From Dictyostelium discoideum (lineage: Eukaryota): a stretch of DNA of 64,000 bases. The notes below the pieces were generated by a model. The model was not told where the DNA came from, ran no database searches, and saw nothing but the letters and a program-made list of their open reading frames with translations. Of this stretch, positions 38,792 to 55,179 are shown in pieces. The first letter of the stretch is position 1; every line of letters begins with the position of its first letter. The stretch covers positions 1,376,001 to 1,440,000 of the forward strand of contig CM000155.2 of NCBI GenBank assembly GCA_000004695.1, written 5' to 3'. Made by a program: the position numbers and the translations under genes.

Positions 38792-39860
38792 ATGGACTAT
38801 GACGATATTGAATGGGAAGAATCTAATAATGATAATTCTACCACAACAACTACAACAACAACCACCACAGCTTCGCCAAGATTCGATGAAAGTATAAATA
38901 ATGAATTTGACGATGAAGATAAAGAAGAAGAAGGAGATATAAATAATAGTTTAGACACTGACGAAGAAATTGGTGAAAATCAAGACGATGCTGGAGATGC
39001 TGAAGATGCAATGTAAGTATTATCTAATTTATTATATATATATTATGAAATAAATAATTGAATAAATAATAATATAAACTAACAATAAATAAATAAAAAT
39101 AGTGAATTTGAAATTGATACCAATGAATTCAAATCCAAAGAAAATGGTAAAAAAAAAAGAATTGTTAAAAAAGTAGACCTAAAAGAAAAACATAATTGTT
39201 TATACCTTCATAGAACTGTTTTAACTTGTTATTTGGCAAATTTTAAATATACTATAAATGTTTTATCAAATCAATATTTAATTTCAATTATTTCATCATT
39301 TATTCCAAAAGATTTAATTAATTTATATTCCAATAATTATAAAATCATATCTGAAATAAAACAAATTCCAACTGTTGATTCAACACCCCAAAAATCAAGA
39401 TCAAGATCAAAATCAAAACTTGATAATACTACCACTACCACTACTACTACCACCACAACCACTACTTCCAATACAACCAATAAAAAACCACCAATTCCAT
39501 TTATGACATGTATAGATGAAATTATTAAATGGTTCTTTTCTTATTTTAAAATTGATGAAATGGCTGATAATTTAAATTCAAATAATACAGATAAAAATAA
39601 TAAAAATAATACGAATAATAAGAATAAAAAACAAACTAGAGAAGTTATTAATTTGGATGATGATAATGAAAATACAGAAGAAAGAAAAAAGGAGAAAAAA
39701 TTTGAACCAATAAGAAATGTTTGTTTTATTTATTAATTTATATATTATTATAAATATTAATATTAATATTAATATTAATATTAATATTAAATAATAATAC
39801 TAAAACCTTTTTTTTTTTTCCAATTTTTTTTTTTTCCAATTTTTTTTTTTCCATTTTCTT

Positions 39861-39895
<35 letters not shown>

Positions 39896-41980
39896 TATTT
39901 AAAATAATTTTAGAGTTTATTATACTATCAATTAATTACACAAACTAAAGAAAGGAAAGTAACAAAAAAGATATTTGTTGAATTATTTTATATGGTTTGT
40001 TTAATTTTGGGTTACAAATGCCGTATAATTAGACCATTGTCAACACCACCACCAGTACCTGTAACACCAAGTAAATTGAAAAGAATTGCAAGTTCATCCT
40101 CACCACAAGCATTTTCAAGATCAAAAGCAAAATCATCACCTTCTGTTATAAGATTAAACTATAATATTGATGATGATAACGGTAATACTAATAATAATGA
40201 AACAAAAGTTAAGAAATCAAAATCACCATCAAAAACTAAAACTTCTGCAACATCATCAACTAAAAAGAAAATAGATGATGTGATTTCTTCAAAAGATAAA
40301 AAAAATAAAGAAAAAAAAGAAAAAGAAAAAGAGATAGAAAGGGAAAAAGAAAAAGAAAAAGACAAAAAGAAATCAAAAAAGAAATCACAATTTAGTTTTG
40401 ATAGTACTGACTCAGAGGATGAAGAGGAAGAGGAAGAAGAAGAAGAAGAAGAATTGATTATTAGTAAACCAATTACAAGTAGACAAAAATCAATTCAAGC
40501 TAATCAATTTAAAAATACAGTTTTAAATTCAAAGATTTCAAAGAAAACTGAAACTACAATGTCAAAAAAAAGAAAAACTAATTCTTCATTATCAAGTAAA
40601 AATAAAAAGAAAAATAATAGTGATAGTGAAAATGATACTGATAATGAAAGAGATAGTGGTAGTGATAATGATGATGCTGGTGATAAAAACAATAATAAAA
40701 GTGATCAAGAAAAAGATAATTCAAGTAGTGATTCAGATTATAAAGATAGTAAAAAGAAATTAAAAAGATCATCATCTGAACCAATTAAAAGATCAAGATT
40801 ATCAAATTTAGATGATAAAGAATCAAAAACAACTACAACAACAACAACAAATACATTATCAAATAATGAAAAAGTTGAAATTGAAAGTTGGATTGAGGTA
40901 TTTGATCATGAAAAAAAGAAATGGATTTCAATTGATTTAATTAATAAAGAAATTGATAAACCACTAAATTTTGAAAAGATATTAGATCCATTTTCATATG
41001 TTGTTGCCATTTCAAAGTATCAAATAAAGGATGTAACATCAAGATATACAAATAATTATATTGGATCATCATTAAAGAGATTACCAATTGCACAAATTAA
41101 ATGGTGGTTACAATTAGTTGGTGATGCTATTAATAATCCAACAGAGGTTGAAAATGATAATGAACCAGTATCGAAATTTATATTAGATTCAAAAAAGATC
41201 ATCTCTGTCAATATTGATCTATTAAATAATTTATCAATTGATGAGAGGAAATCAATTGAAGAGATTGATGTATATGAAAAACAAGAATTAATAATAAAAG
41301 AGAGTAAATTACCATTTCCAAGTAGTTTTGCACAATTTAAATCTCATCCAATTTTCGTATTGGAGAAAGATATCGCAAAATATTGTTCACCTGATCCTTC
41401 ATCGAAACCATTGGGTTTATTTAATGAAACTCATAAAATTTATCATAAAGACCAAATCAAGGTTTTACATACGTCAGATAAATGGGTCCAAAATGGTAGA
41501 ATGGTAATTGAGGGTCAACAACCATTGAAAATCGTTAAAGGTAGATCAAAATCAAATCCAACCTCAATGTTATTTGGTGAATGGCAAACTAAACTCTTTG
41601 AACCTGCTGTCATTGGTAAGGATGGTATTGTTCCAACCAATTCATTTGGTAATGTTTATTTATTCAATTCTTCAATGTGTCCAATTAATGGCGTTCATCT
41701 AAGAGGTAAAGGTTTAATTAGGGTTGCAAAGAAATTAGGTATCAATTTTGCACCCGCACTAACTGGTTGGGAAAATGGTCCAAAATCCTCTTATCCAATC
41801 ATTGATGGTGTAGTTGTTGCAAAGAAATTCTCAAAGAAACTTTTGGATACTTGGTTATCGGAATCAAGTAGTAGAGCTGAAGCTGAATTACAAAAGAAAA
41901 ATGATGAAATTAAAGCTCGTTGGAAACGTTTCATGAAAAAATTATTAATTAAAAATTATATTGAAAAAACTTATAAATAA
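38792..41980 (+). CDS. XPC/Rad4 nucleotide-excision-repair damage-recognition protein (about 967 aa); exons 38792-39012, 39103-39718, 39914-41980 (third intron boundary is ambiguous)
   Basis: Acidic N-terminus. Intron 1 at 39013-39102 (GTAAGT...AAAATAG, phase 2). Exon 2 has the TGD-like HNCLYLHRTVLTCYLANFKYTINVLSNQYLISIISSFIP. Exon 3 has ..FVELFYMVCLILGYKCRIIRPL.. and the C-terminal BHD region: SHPIFVLEKDIAKYC, FGEWQTKLFEP, FGNVYLF, ARWKRFMKKLLIKNYIEKTY. For intron 2 I chose donor GTTTGT at 39719 and acceptor TTTTAG at 39913 (both phase 0, preceded by a long T tract). An alternative acceptor AAAAAG at 39970 is also phase 0. Confidence 0.8.
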
Positions 41981-41986
41981 AATTAA

Positions 41987-42018
<32 letters not shown>

Positions 42019-42123
42019 TAAAAAATGAAATAAATAAAAAATATACAAATTAATTTCTGATTCCAAATTTAAAAATCTCATACCTTGAATAAAATTAAAA
42101 TAAAAATGAAAATCTTTTTTTAG

Positions 42124-42162
<39 letters not shown>

Positions 42163-42862
42163 AACAAGAAATAAAATATTTTATATTATTTTATTTTATT
42201 TTGTTTTATTTTATTTTATTTTTTATTTTTATTTTTGATAAGTTTTGATTCATTTTGGGTTTGTTTGAAAAAAAAAAAATCAGAAATTGATTTTTTTTTT
42301 TTTTAAAAATTTTTTGATTTTTTTTTTTTAAAAAATTTTATTTTTATTTTTATTTATTTTTTTTTTTTTTTTTTTTTTTTTTGATTTTTTCTTTTTTTTT
42401 TTTTTTTTTTTTTGTTATTATTAGAATTGTTGTATTTTTATAGAATTAAAAAAAAAAGGTAGGTTTCAGCGGATACTTTAAGAAAACAACTTTGTATTAT
42501 TTTTTTAAATTTTTTTTTTTTTTTTTTTTTAATAATAAAAAACAAATAAAATAAAAAATAAAAAAATAGTGATGTATCAAAAAACACACTTTATTTATAA
42601 TTTTTTTTTTTTTTTTTTATAAAAAAAATAATTTTGTTTTAATTTTTTTTTTTTTTTTTTTTTTTTTATATTATTTTTTGTTTTTTGTTTTATACCACCC
42701 CAAATAAAATTGTATTAAATATCAAATAAAACTTTTACAAATATTGAAAATATAGGAATATCAATTTTTTTTTTTTTAAGATTCTATTTATTTAATTTTT
42801 TTTCATTTCAATAATAGTAAGTAAATGTGCGGAACACAATCAGATTTATAAATATCATGGAA

Positions 42863-42893
<31 letters not shown>

Positions 42894-43156
42894 TTTATTA
42901 AAAACAATTATTTTATTTTATTTTTTTGTTTTGTTTTACTTTTTTTTTTTTTTTTTTTTTATTATGGACCACACAACCACTCTTTTCATTAAAAAAATAA
43001 TAATATTACTCTTATCACTCATCATCAAAAAGTAAATAATTATTTATATTAAAAAATAAATCAATTTATAAATAACCTTATAACAATAAATCAATATTTC
43101 ATTTCGATTATAATAAATCACCTCTTTTAGAACAACGTCAGTAACAAAAAAAAAAA

Positions 43157-43192
<36 letters not shown>

Positions 43193-43289
43193 ATTTTTTC
43201 ACAAAAATTTATAAAAAGAGCGTTTTGATAAAACATAAAATATCATATCATATCTTTTAGGAGTTACCCTATAAATTTATAAATTACAT

Positions 43290-43343
<54 letters not shown>

Positions 43344-43709
43344 AATAGTAATAATAATACAACTAATAATATAAATAATTAGTATTTAATAATATTATAA
43401 AGCAAAATAATTTGTTATTGTAGTAGTAAAGGTAACAATAGTTTTATGTCAATTTTATTTTCTTTTATTTATTTTTTTTTTTTTCTTTTTGATTACACCT
43501 CCATATTTATACATACAGATTAATATGTCAACCTCACAAATTAATTGGTATTTTTTTTTTTTTTTTTTTTTATGTATTTTTCTTTTTCTTTTTTTTTTTT
43601 CTCTCTCTTTTTTAACTGCGTACATAAATTTGTTTGTGTGGTGTGTTTAAAAAAAAAAAAGAGGAGAAAAAAATCATGTGCTTTTTAATGTGTGTGTGTT
43701 AGTGTGTTG

Positions 43710-43759
<50 letters not shown>

Positions 43760-44213
43760 GTTGTTTATTGGAGGAGGTAAAAATGAAAAATAACTTTTAC
43801 ATTTTGGGAAATAAATTAAAAATTTAATTTTTTAAAAAAAAAAAAAAAAAAAAACCCATTTTTTTGGCCATATTTATATTATTATATTATATTTATTAAT
43901 TTTATTTTTTTACTAAATATTTTTTTTTTAATTTTTTTTTTTTTATTTATTGAAAAAAAAAGATTAGAAAAAAAAAAAAAACAGTAAGAGGAAATTTTTT
44001 TTTTTAAAAAAAAAAAAAGTAGCACACAATAGACAATCAATACAAAAACAATTATTAGAAGTAGGAAATAATTTAACTATCAATATACTTTATAGTATAT
44101 TTATATATTTTATAACTACAGGAATCCAATTTTTTTTTTTTTTTTATTAAAATCCCAAGTATTCCTTTTCAAAAAATAGGAAGAAAGTTTTTTTATTTAC
44201 CTACAACTAAAAA

Positions 44214-45897
44214 ATGGTAATTATTCATTTTTGTTTTTATTATTTTTTTTTTTTTAGTATTAAAAAAAAAATAATAATAACAATTTTTATTTATTTTTAT
44301 TTTTTTTTTTTTTATATTTATAACTAAAAAGCAAAATATTGGATTTGCAGCAGGAAGTCTAATTAAAGGAAGATGGACTGTAGTAAAAAAGATTGGACAA
44401 GGAGCATTTGGTGAGATTTTTTCGGGTAAGAATATTATAAATAATGAGCAAATTGCTATTAAAGTAGAAAAAGTCGACACAAAAAAGCAGGTATTAAGAT
44501 TGGAAGTTGCAGTTTTAAAGAAATTACAATTGTGTCCATATGTATGTAGATTCATAACATGTGGTAGACACAACGATTATAATTATATGGTTATGGAATT
44601 ATTGGGTGAAAATCTTTCAGAACTTAGACGTAAACAATTGGATGGTAAATTTTCATTAGGTTCAACACTTAAATTGGGTGTACAAATGATTCAATCATTA
44701 CAAGCTGTTCATGATCTTGGTTATTTACATAGAGATGTTAAACCAGTAAGTTTTTTTTTAAAAAAAAAAAAAAAAAAATATTATTAAATTATTAATGATT
44801 AATTTAATTTTTTTTAATTTTTTTAGTCAAATTTTGCAATTGGATTAAATCCATCAAAAAGAAATATAACATATTTAATTGATTTTGGTTTAGCAAGAAG
44901 ATTTGTATTAGCATCAGGAGAAGTTAGACCTGCAAGAGAATCAACAGGTTTTAGAGGTACTGCTCGTTATGCATCAATCAATTCACATTTATCAAAGGAT
45001 TTAGGTAGACGTGATGATTTATGGTCAATTTTTTATGTATTAATTGAATTTGCAGAGGGTCAACTTCCATGGAGAAAATTGAAGGATAAGGATCAAATTG
45101 GTGAAATGAAACAAAAATACAATACACCTGATTTGGTCAAAGATTTACCACCACAATTCTCACAATTTATGAAACATTTGAAATCATTAAACTATGAAGA
45201 TAGACCAAATTATGTATTTTTACAAACACTTTTAAATGACTGTTACACTTCTTTGGGTTTAAGTGAATCCACTCCATTCGATTGGGAGGTTCAAACAAAT
45301 AGTGGTGCTTCTTCTTCCTCTTCAAATACTACTCAACAACAGCAACAACAACAGCAACAACAACAACAACGTAATTTAAATCAATCTGGTTTAAATAACA
45401 GTAGTGCTAGATTAATGGCATCACCTTCCACTATCGATGTTGAAGCAAGTGGTAAATCAACTCAATTAAATAATAGCAATAATAATAATAATAATAATAA
45501 CAAGGGATTGGGTGCTGAAAATGATTCATCACCACAACCTCAAATAATACGTAGAAATTCAGAAAGTAATTCACAAATTGCAAATTCTTCTGAAAGTGAT
45601 AATAAAGGTAGTGGTGGTGGTTCTTGGAATCAAAAGAGTTCATCACCACGTCATAAAGATAAAAATTTACAAGATGATGGAGGTGAAGGTAGTCAAAAAC
45701 ATTTGAAAGCTAGTAACAATAATAATATTAATAATAATAATAATAATTATAACAACAACAATAATAATAATAATAATAGTCATATGAATGGCAATGGTAG
45801 TAATAGTCAACCAATTGATAAAATAGAATTATCACACCAACAACAGAAATCTTCAACAACCAAGTGCTGTTCGACTTCAAAATGCAGTGTGATGTAG
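44214..45897 (+). CDS. Tau-tubulin-kinase-like (TTBK, CK1 group) Ser/Thr protein kinase (about 495 aa); exons 44214-44216 (ATG only), 44332-44745, 44827-45897
   Basis: Kinase core read directly and closely collinear with TTBK: GRWTVVKKIGQGAFGEIF, KQVLRLEVAVLKKLQ, YLHRDVKP-SNFAIG, DFGLARRF, FRGTARYASINSH, GQLPWRKLKDKDQIGEMKQKY. Intron 2 at 44746-44826 (GTAAGT...TTTTAG, phase 0) is secure. Exon 1 (ATG followed directly by GTAATT, acceptor AAAAAG at 44331) is the weakest part of the model. Confidence 0.75.
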
Positions 45898-46448
45898 ATA
45901 TTTTTTTTTTATTTTAAAAATTCGCTTCTTTATTTGAAATAAATTAAAAAAATAAAAAAAAAAACAATAATAATAATAAGAAAAAAAAAAACCAACTGGT
46001 GTTCAGCCATTATAACAAAATAAATATATTATATCTTTAATAAAACCAGAAAAAAAAAATAAAAAAAAAAAAAAAGGTAAAAAGAAAAAAAAAAAAAATC
46101 AATAAGAAATGTAAGAATATCAAGATATCTAGACACAAATATCTTTCTATTTTTTATTTTTATTTTTTTGATCAAAAGATTAAAAGTGATTGAGAAATAA
46201 ATAAAAATAAAAATAAAAATAAAAAGATAAAATTTAGCTATTTTTGTTTTTTGTTTTTTGTTTAATTTTATTTTTTCTGGAAAAAAATAAATAAATAAAT
46301 AAAAATAAAAAATAAATAATAAATATTTGATATTTCTTAAATCAAATTTTTATCTTTTTTTTTTTTATTTTTTTTTAATCTTATTTTTTCTGGAATAAAA
46401 TTCTTAAAAATAATCAGAATTTTGATTATTATTTGTCTCATTTTTTTA

Positions 46449-46479
<31 letters not shown>

Positions 46480-46488
46480 AATTTTTTT

Positions 46489-46521
<33 letters not shown>

Positions 46522-46660
46522 CTTTTTTTTTTTATTTTATTTTTTTTTTATTTTTTATTTTTTTTTTTTTAATTTTTTCTAAATTTTTTTTTTTTTTTTT
46601 TTTAACAAATTTATATTACACACTATAAAAATACATATATACATATTTATACACTTTAGG

Positions 46661-47817
<1,157 letters not shown>

Positions 47818-47952
47818 ATTATTTATCAATATTTCCTCTATTTAAAAGAAAAAATAAAAAAACATAATAAAAAATAAAAAATAAAAACTTTACAAAAAAA
47901 TAATAAAGGTTTTACTTCACTAATTATCCATCCATCCACCCACCCACCACCA

Positions 47953-47954
47953 TC

Positions 47955-48049
<95 letters not shown>

Positions 48050-48058
48050 ACAACAACA
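47953..48058. repeat. (CAA)n microsatellite, about 33 units, intergenic between convergent 3' ends of rab2 and the HINT3-like gene
   Basis: caacaacaa... read directly. Not in any open frame that joins a gene. Confidence 0.95.
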
Positions 48059-48472
48059 ATAGCATTAGCCAACAAACAAACAATATAAAGTACAACTGCC
48101 TCATTATTAAAAAATATATCATCAATTATTAATAGATTTCATATGTATTTAAGAATAAAATAAAAAATAAAACTAATAATCCACCATCAATTATAGTCGA
48201 ACCAATTGTAATAGTAATAGAAATAAATTATGAAAAAAAAAAAAAAAAATAAAAAATAAAAAATAATAAAAACAATAATAATAATAATTATAATACATTA
48301 ATAATAAACTATGTAGTTCTTTTTTTTTTTTTTTTTTAATATATTCAAATAAAGGATTTTTATTTTTATTTTTTTTTTTAATGTGATATCTCCAAAAATA
48401 AAAATTGATTACTTAAATCACAAGTGATGATTTTCCATAAGATACAAGATTTTTTTATTATTATTATTATTA

Positions 48473-49495
48473 TTAAGCAACAGAATTATATAATTCATTT
48501 ATAACAGTGTTTACATCTTTAAACCACAATCCACCAAAATGAGGAGCGTATGAATGTTTTTTAAATTTTGGTGTAAATGGTGGGACTAAAAGATGAAGAT
48601 GTAAATGTTTTACACTGTAAAATGGAGGTGAATGGAACCCTAATACAATCCCACTCTGCCCTGGGAACTTCTCTGCAATTAATTGATCAGCCACTTGTTT
48701 CATCTCGACCACTAAATATTTTAAAAGAAAAAAAAAATAATAAAATAAATAAAATAAAATAAAATTATTATTATTATAAGAAACTGGCAGATGATCGGTA
48801 AATTCTGGGAATGTGTTGCCACACAATTTCATAAAAATTGCGCGATCAAAAAAAAAAAAAAAAAAAAAAAAGATCTGGGAAAAAAAAAAAAAAAATCAAT
48901 TGGTGTTTTGTGTGATGGGAAAGTGAACCTACAAACAGGAATATCTTTTTGAGTTAAAGTTTTAATTGAAACAATATGTTCTCTTGGGCAAATCTATAAT
49001 TATTGATAATTTTTTTGTTTTTTTAAATTTTTTTTTTTTTTTTTTTTATTAGTTTGTTTTTTTTAATTTTTTTTTTTTTTATACATTTTTATTTTTTAAA
49101 TATTTTTTATTATTACTTTTATTTTAAAAATTTATTTACTTACCAAATAATGAACAGTTGCTTTTGGAGTTCTATCATTAAAAACGATAACATTCTCAGT
49201 CTTCAAAGAAAATTATTTTTTAAAAAAAAAAAAAAAAATAGATATTTTTTTAAAAAAAAAAAAAAAAAAAAAATATAAAAATAGCTATTAATAATGGAAG
49301 TTAAAAATATCTTTTCTTTTTTTTTAAAAAATATGGAAATATTACTTGAAAAATAATTTTATCATTTGGGTAATCACAAAAAGGGCATCCTTGTGTTGTT
49401 GGCTTTTTTTTCATTGTATTGCTGCCAACAATTAATAATAAATTTAAAATTAAAGATGAATATACTGCCGCTGATCTTATTGAAATACTGTTCAT
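48473..49495 (-). CDS. HIT-family protein, HINT3-like (about 168 aa); exons 49495-49346, 49200-49144, 48993-48933, 48711-48473
   Basis: Spliced product ..GCPFCDYPNDKIIFQ-TENVIVFNDRTPKATVHYL-ICPREHIVSIKTLTQKDIPV-LVEMKQVADQLIAEKFPGQSGIVLGFHSPPFYSVKHLHLHLLVPP.. carries the histidine triad HLHLHLL and the HINT3-type GFHxPPF motif. Minus-strand donors GTAATA, GTAAGT, GTAGGT. Hydrophobic N-terminus (signal peptide or mitochondrial presequence). Confidence 0.7.
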
Positions 49496-50020
49496 ATTTT
49501 TTTTTTTTTTTTTTTTTTTTTTGTTGGTACAAATCCAATCAAGATTGTTTTTTTTTTTTTTGTGGGTCGACTATAAAAAATAATAAAAATAATAATAAAA
49601 ACGTTTGAAAAAAAAGTATTACTCCTTATTATTTTATTTATTTAATTATTTAATTATTTATTTTTGGAAAATTTTAAAAGGGGTTATAATTTATAATCCG
49701 AAAAACAATGGATTATTGCTATTTTTTATTTGATTTTTTTACACTATCTTATTTTTTATGTTTTTTTTTATTATTATTATTTTTTATTTTTAAATTAACG
49801 GATAATTAAACAATTAATTTATTTTATTATTAGCTTTTTTAAAGGAATTTTTTTTTTTTTTTTTTTTTTTCTAATAATCCATCAATCTAAAAGTCACACA
49901 AATACCTTTAACAACCAACAAACAACACTATTTAAATATCAACAAAATTTTGAATTTTTTTGAATTTTTTTTTTTTTTTTATTTTTTTATTTTTTTTTTT
50001 TTATTTTTTTATTTTTTTTG

Positions 50021-50051
<31 letters not shown>

Positions 50052-50071
50052 TTTTGAATATTTTAATAATA

Positions 50072-50113
<42 letters not shown>

Positions 50114-50159
50114 ATAGTTTGTAAAGGCACTAATCTGAAGAAAACATATTGATATCATC

Positions 50160-51213
50160 ATGGCTACTTCAATTTCATCATGGTAAGAATTATTAATAAT
50201 AATTTTAAAACGAAAATAATTCCGTCTATTTTAGAAATAAAGATAAAAATATCACATATTTTTATTTTTAATTTTTTATTTTTTTTATTTTTTTTAATTT
50301 TTTTTATTTTTATTTTAATTATTTTAATTATTTTTTTTCTACTTTGCATTAATAATCATAAACACCGTCATTAAATCAACCAAAGCAATAATAATAATAA
50401 AAACAAAAAAAATAAAAAAATAAAAAAACAAATAATATTTTTTTTATTTTTTTATTTTAAAAAAAAAATTGCGCCACACACTAATTTTTTCATTTAAAAT
50501 TTTTAAATTTCCAAATTTGTCCTTAGCGATATAACATTAAAAATACTATTTGTAGGTGATCCATCAGTAGGTAAATCGTCATTAATATGGAGAATGAGTG
50601 TAAGTATATTTTACAGATTTTTTTTATTTTATTTGATTACTTAAAAAATATTAATATTTGTTTTCGTTTTTTTTTTTCCTTTCCTTTCCTTTTTTTTTTT
50701 TATTTTTTTTTTAGGAAAATATATTTCCAACAGTTGAACAAGCGAATTTAACTTTGGCAAACTCGGTGGTAATTATAATTTATTATTATTTAAAATTTAT
50801 TTTATTATAATTTAATACTCACTCAATGCATTAATTTTCATGTGAATATCAAATGATAATTACTTCTCCTTCTTTATCCTTCATAAATCAATTAATTAAT
50901 TAATCAATTAATCAATTTCAATCCACCAACCAACCAACTATATATCAATTAATCTGTATCAAATAATAATTAACTCTCCTTTTTTACATTCCAAACCAAA
51001 AATTAATCAATCAATCAATACCTCATCATTTTTTAATTTTCTACTTTTGCCATTTTTTTTTTATAATCCAATAATTATAGAAATCAAGAGCAATTCAATT
51101 TGGGAAAAAGCAGATATTAGTAAAATTTGTAAGATTTCAATTGATTTAGTTTATTATTTATTTACTTTTTTTATAACAGAAATTTAACCAATAATCTCTT
51201 ATCAAACAACAAC

Positions 51214-51309
<96 letters not shown>

Positions 51310-51565
51310 TATATAGTTTGACACAGCAGGCCAAGAAAGATTTAGAACCATTTCAAAATCATTTTATTCAAACACAGATATAATTATTCTTACATATGAC
51401 CAAAACAATCAATCAACATTTGATCATCTTGTTCAATGGCACACCGAAATTCAAAGATATTGTTCTAAAAATACTTTTATAGCATTAGCAAGTACAAAGA
51501 GGGATTTACCTCCTGTAGTTGACCCATCATTAGCTCAAGTAAGAAAAACAGTTTTATTTTATATA

Positions 51566-51638
<73 letters not shown>

Positions 51639-51984
51639 TTTAATGATTACTAATATTGATTTCTATTTTTAGAATTTTGCAAATGAAAAGGGAATTTTAT
51701 TTATGGAAACAAGTTCTTCAACAAATGAAGGTATTGAAGATTTATTACAAACTGTTATAAAGAGTGCTGGTGAAAAGTAAGTTTTAATTATTTTGTCATT
51801 TTCATTTTTTTTTTTTTCTTAACTTTAGGACTAATTAACTTTTTTTTTTTTTTTATTTTTTAGATTATATACAGAGGAAAATTGGATTAGATTTAAGTTA
51901 AGAGGTGAACAAAATACACGTCAAACAAGGGGAAGCTCACAAGGAACAGAACCAAGAAAAACTGGTTTCTGTCAAATTCTATAA
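50160..51984 (+). CDS. Atypical Ras-superfamily (Rab-like) small GTPase with C-terminal CAAX box CQIL (211 aa); 7 exons: 50160-50182, 50527-50599, 50715-50768, 51081-51119, 51317-51538, 51673-51776, 51864-51984
   Basis: Spliced product MATSISSCDITLKILFVGDPSVGKSSLIWRMS-ENIFPTVEQANLTLANSV-KSRAIQFGKKQIL-FDTAGQERFRTISKSFYSNTDIIILTYDQNNQSTFDHLVQWHTEIQRYCSKNTFIALASTKRDLPP..-NFANEKGILFMETSSSTNEGIED..-..GFCQIL. It has G1 GDPSVGKSS, G3 DTAGQE, variant G4 TKRD, G5 ETSS. Donors GTAAGA, GTAAGT, GTAATT, GTAAAA, GTAAGA, GTAAGT; phases 2, 0, 0, 0, 0, 2. Confidence 0.7.
51214..51309. repeat. (AAT)n, about 32 units, in intron 4 of the CAAX GTPase gene, immediately upstream of exon 5
   Basis: Read directly; ends 7 nt before the acceptor ATATAG at 51316. 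Confidence 0.95.
51570..51646. repeat. (ATT)n, about 26 units, in intron 5 of the same gene, about 30 nt downstream of exon 5; reverse complement of the upstream (AAT)n
   Basis: Read directly. On the same strand, (AAT)n and (ATT)n are mutually complementary and could pair over more than 75 nt. Confidence 0.95.
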
Positions 51985-52527
51985 TGTATTTTCTAGCGAG
52001 ATTATTTAAATTTTAAAAAGAAGAAAAAGAACCAAAAAAAAAAAAAAAAAAAAAAAAAAAACAAGAAAATAGAAAAAAAAAAAACAAGAAAATTTAAAAA
52101 TCAAGATAATAATAATAATAATAACCTATCAAACCAAAAAACCAATTATCAAGGCTACATATCACAACAAATAGTACTGTATAAATTGTTCTTTAATTAC
52201 AAAACAACCAAGTTTTCAAAAAAAAAAAAAGAAAAAAAAACCAAGAAAAAAAAAATTTCAAGAAAAAAAAAAACCAAAAAAAAAAAAAAAACTTTATTAC
52301 CTCATATATTATCTTTTTTAAATAAAAAAATGTAAGATTAGAAAAAAAAAAAAAAAACATAGTTATGAATTAAAATGATCCTTTTTTTTTTTTAAATTTT
52401 TAAACAATATTGGTCAACAACGTAAATTTTTTTAATAATAAATCTTATATTTTTTTTTTTTTTTTTTTTTTGGTTTAAATTTTTTAAAATCTTTTTTTAA
52501 TTTTTTATTAATCAATAAATTATCTTC

Positions 52528-55179
<2,652 letters not shown>

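Noticed and set aside
48790-48850. Treating MKLCGNTFPEFTDHLP as a constitutive coding exon of the HINT3-like gene
   Set aside because: Alignment to the HINT3 pattern shows DIPV is directly followed by LVEMKQ. No AG lies upstream of the segment that avoids a poly-Phe read-through, so it is kept as intronic (see findings).
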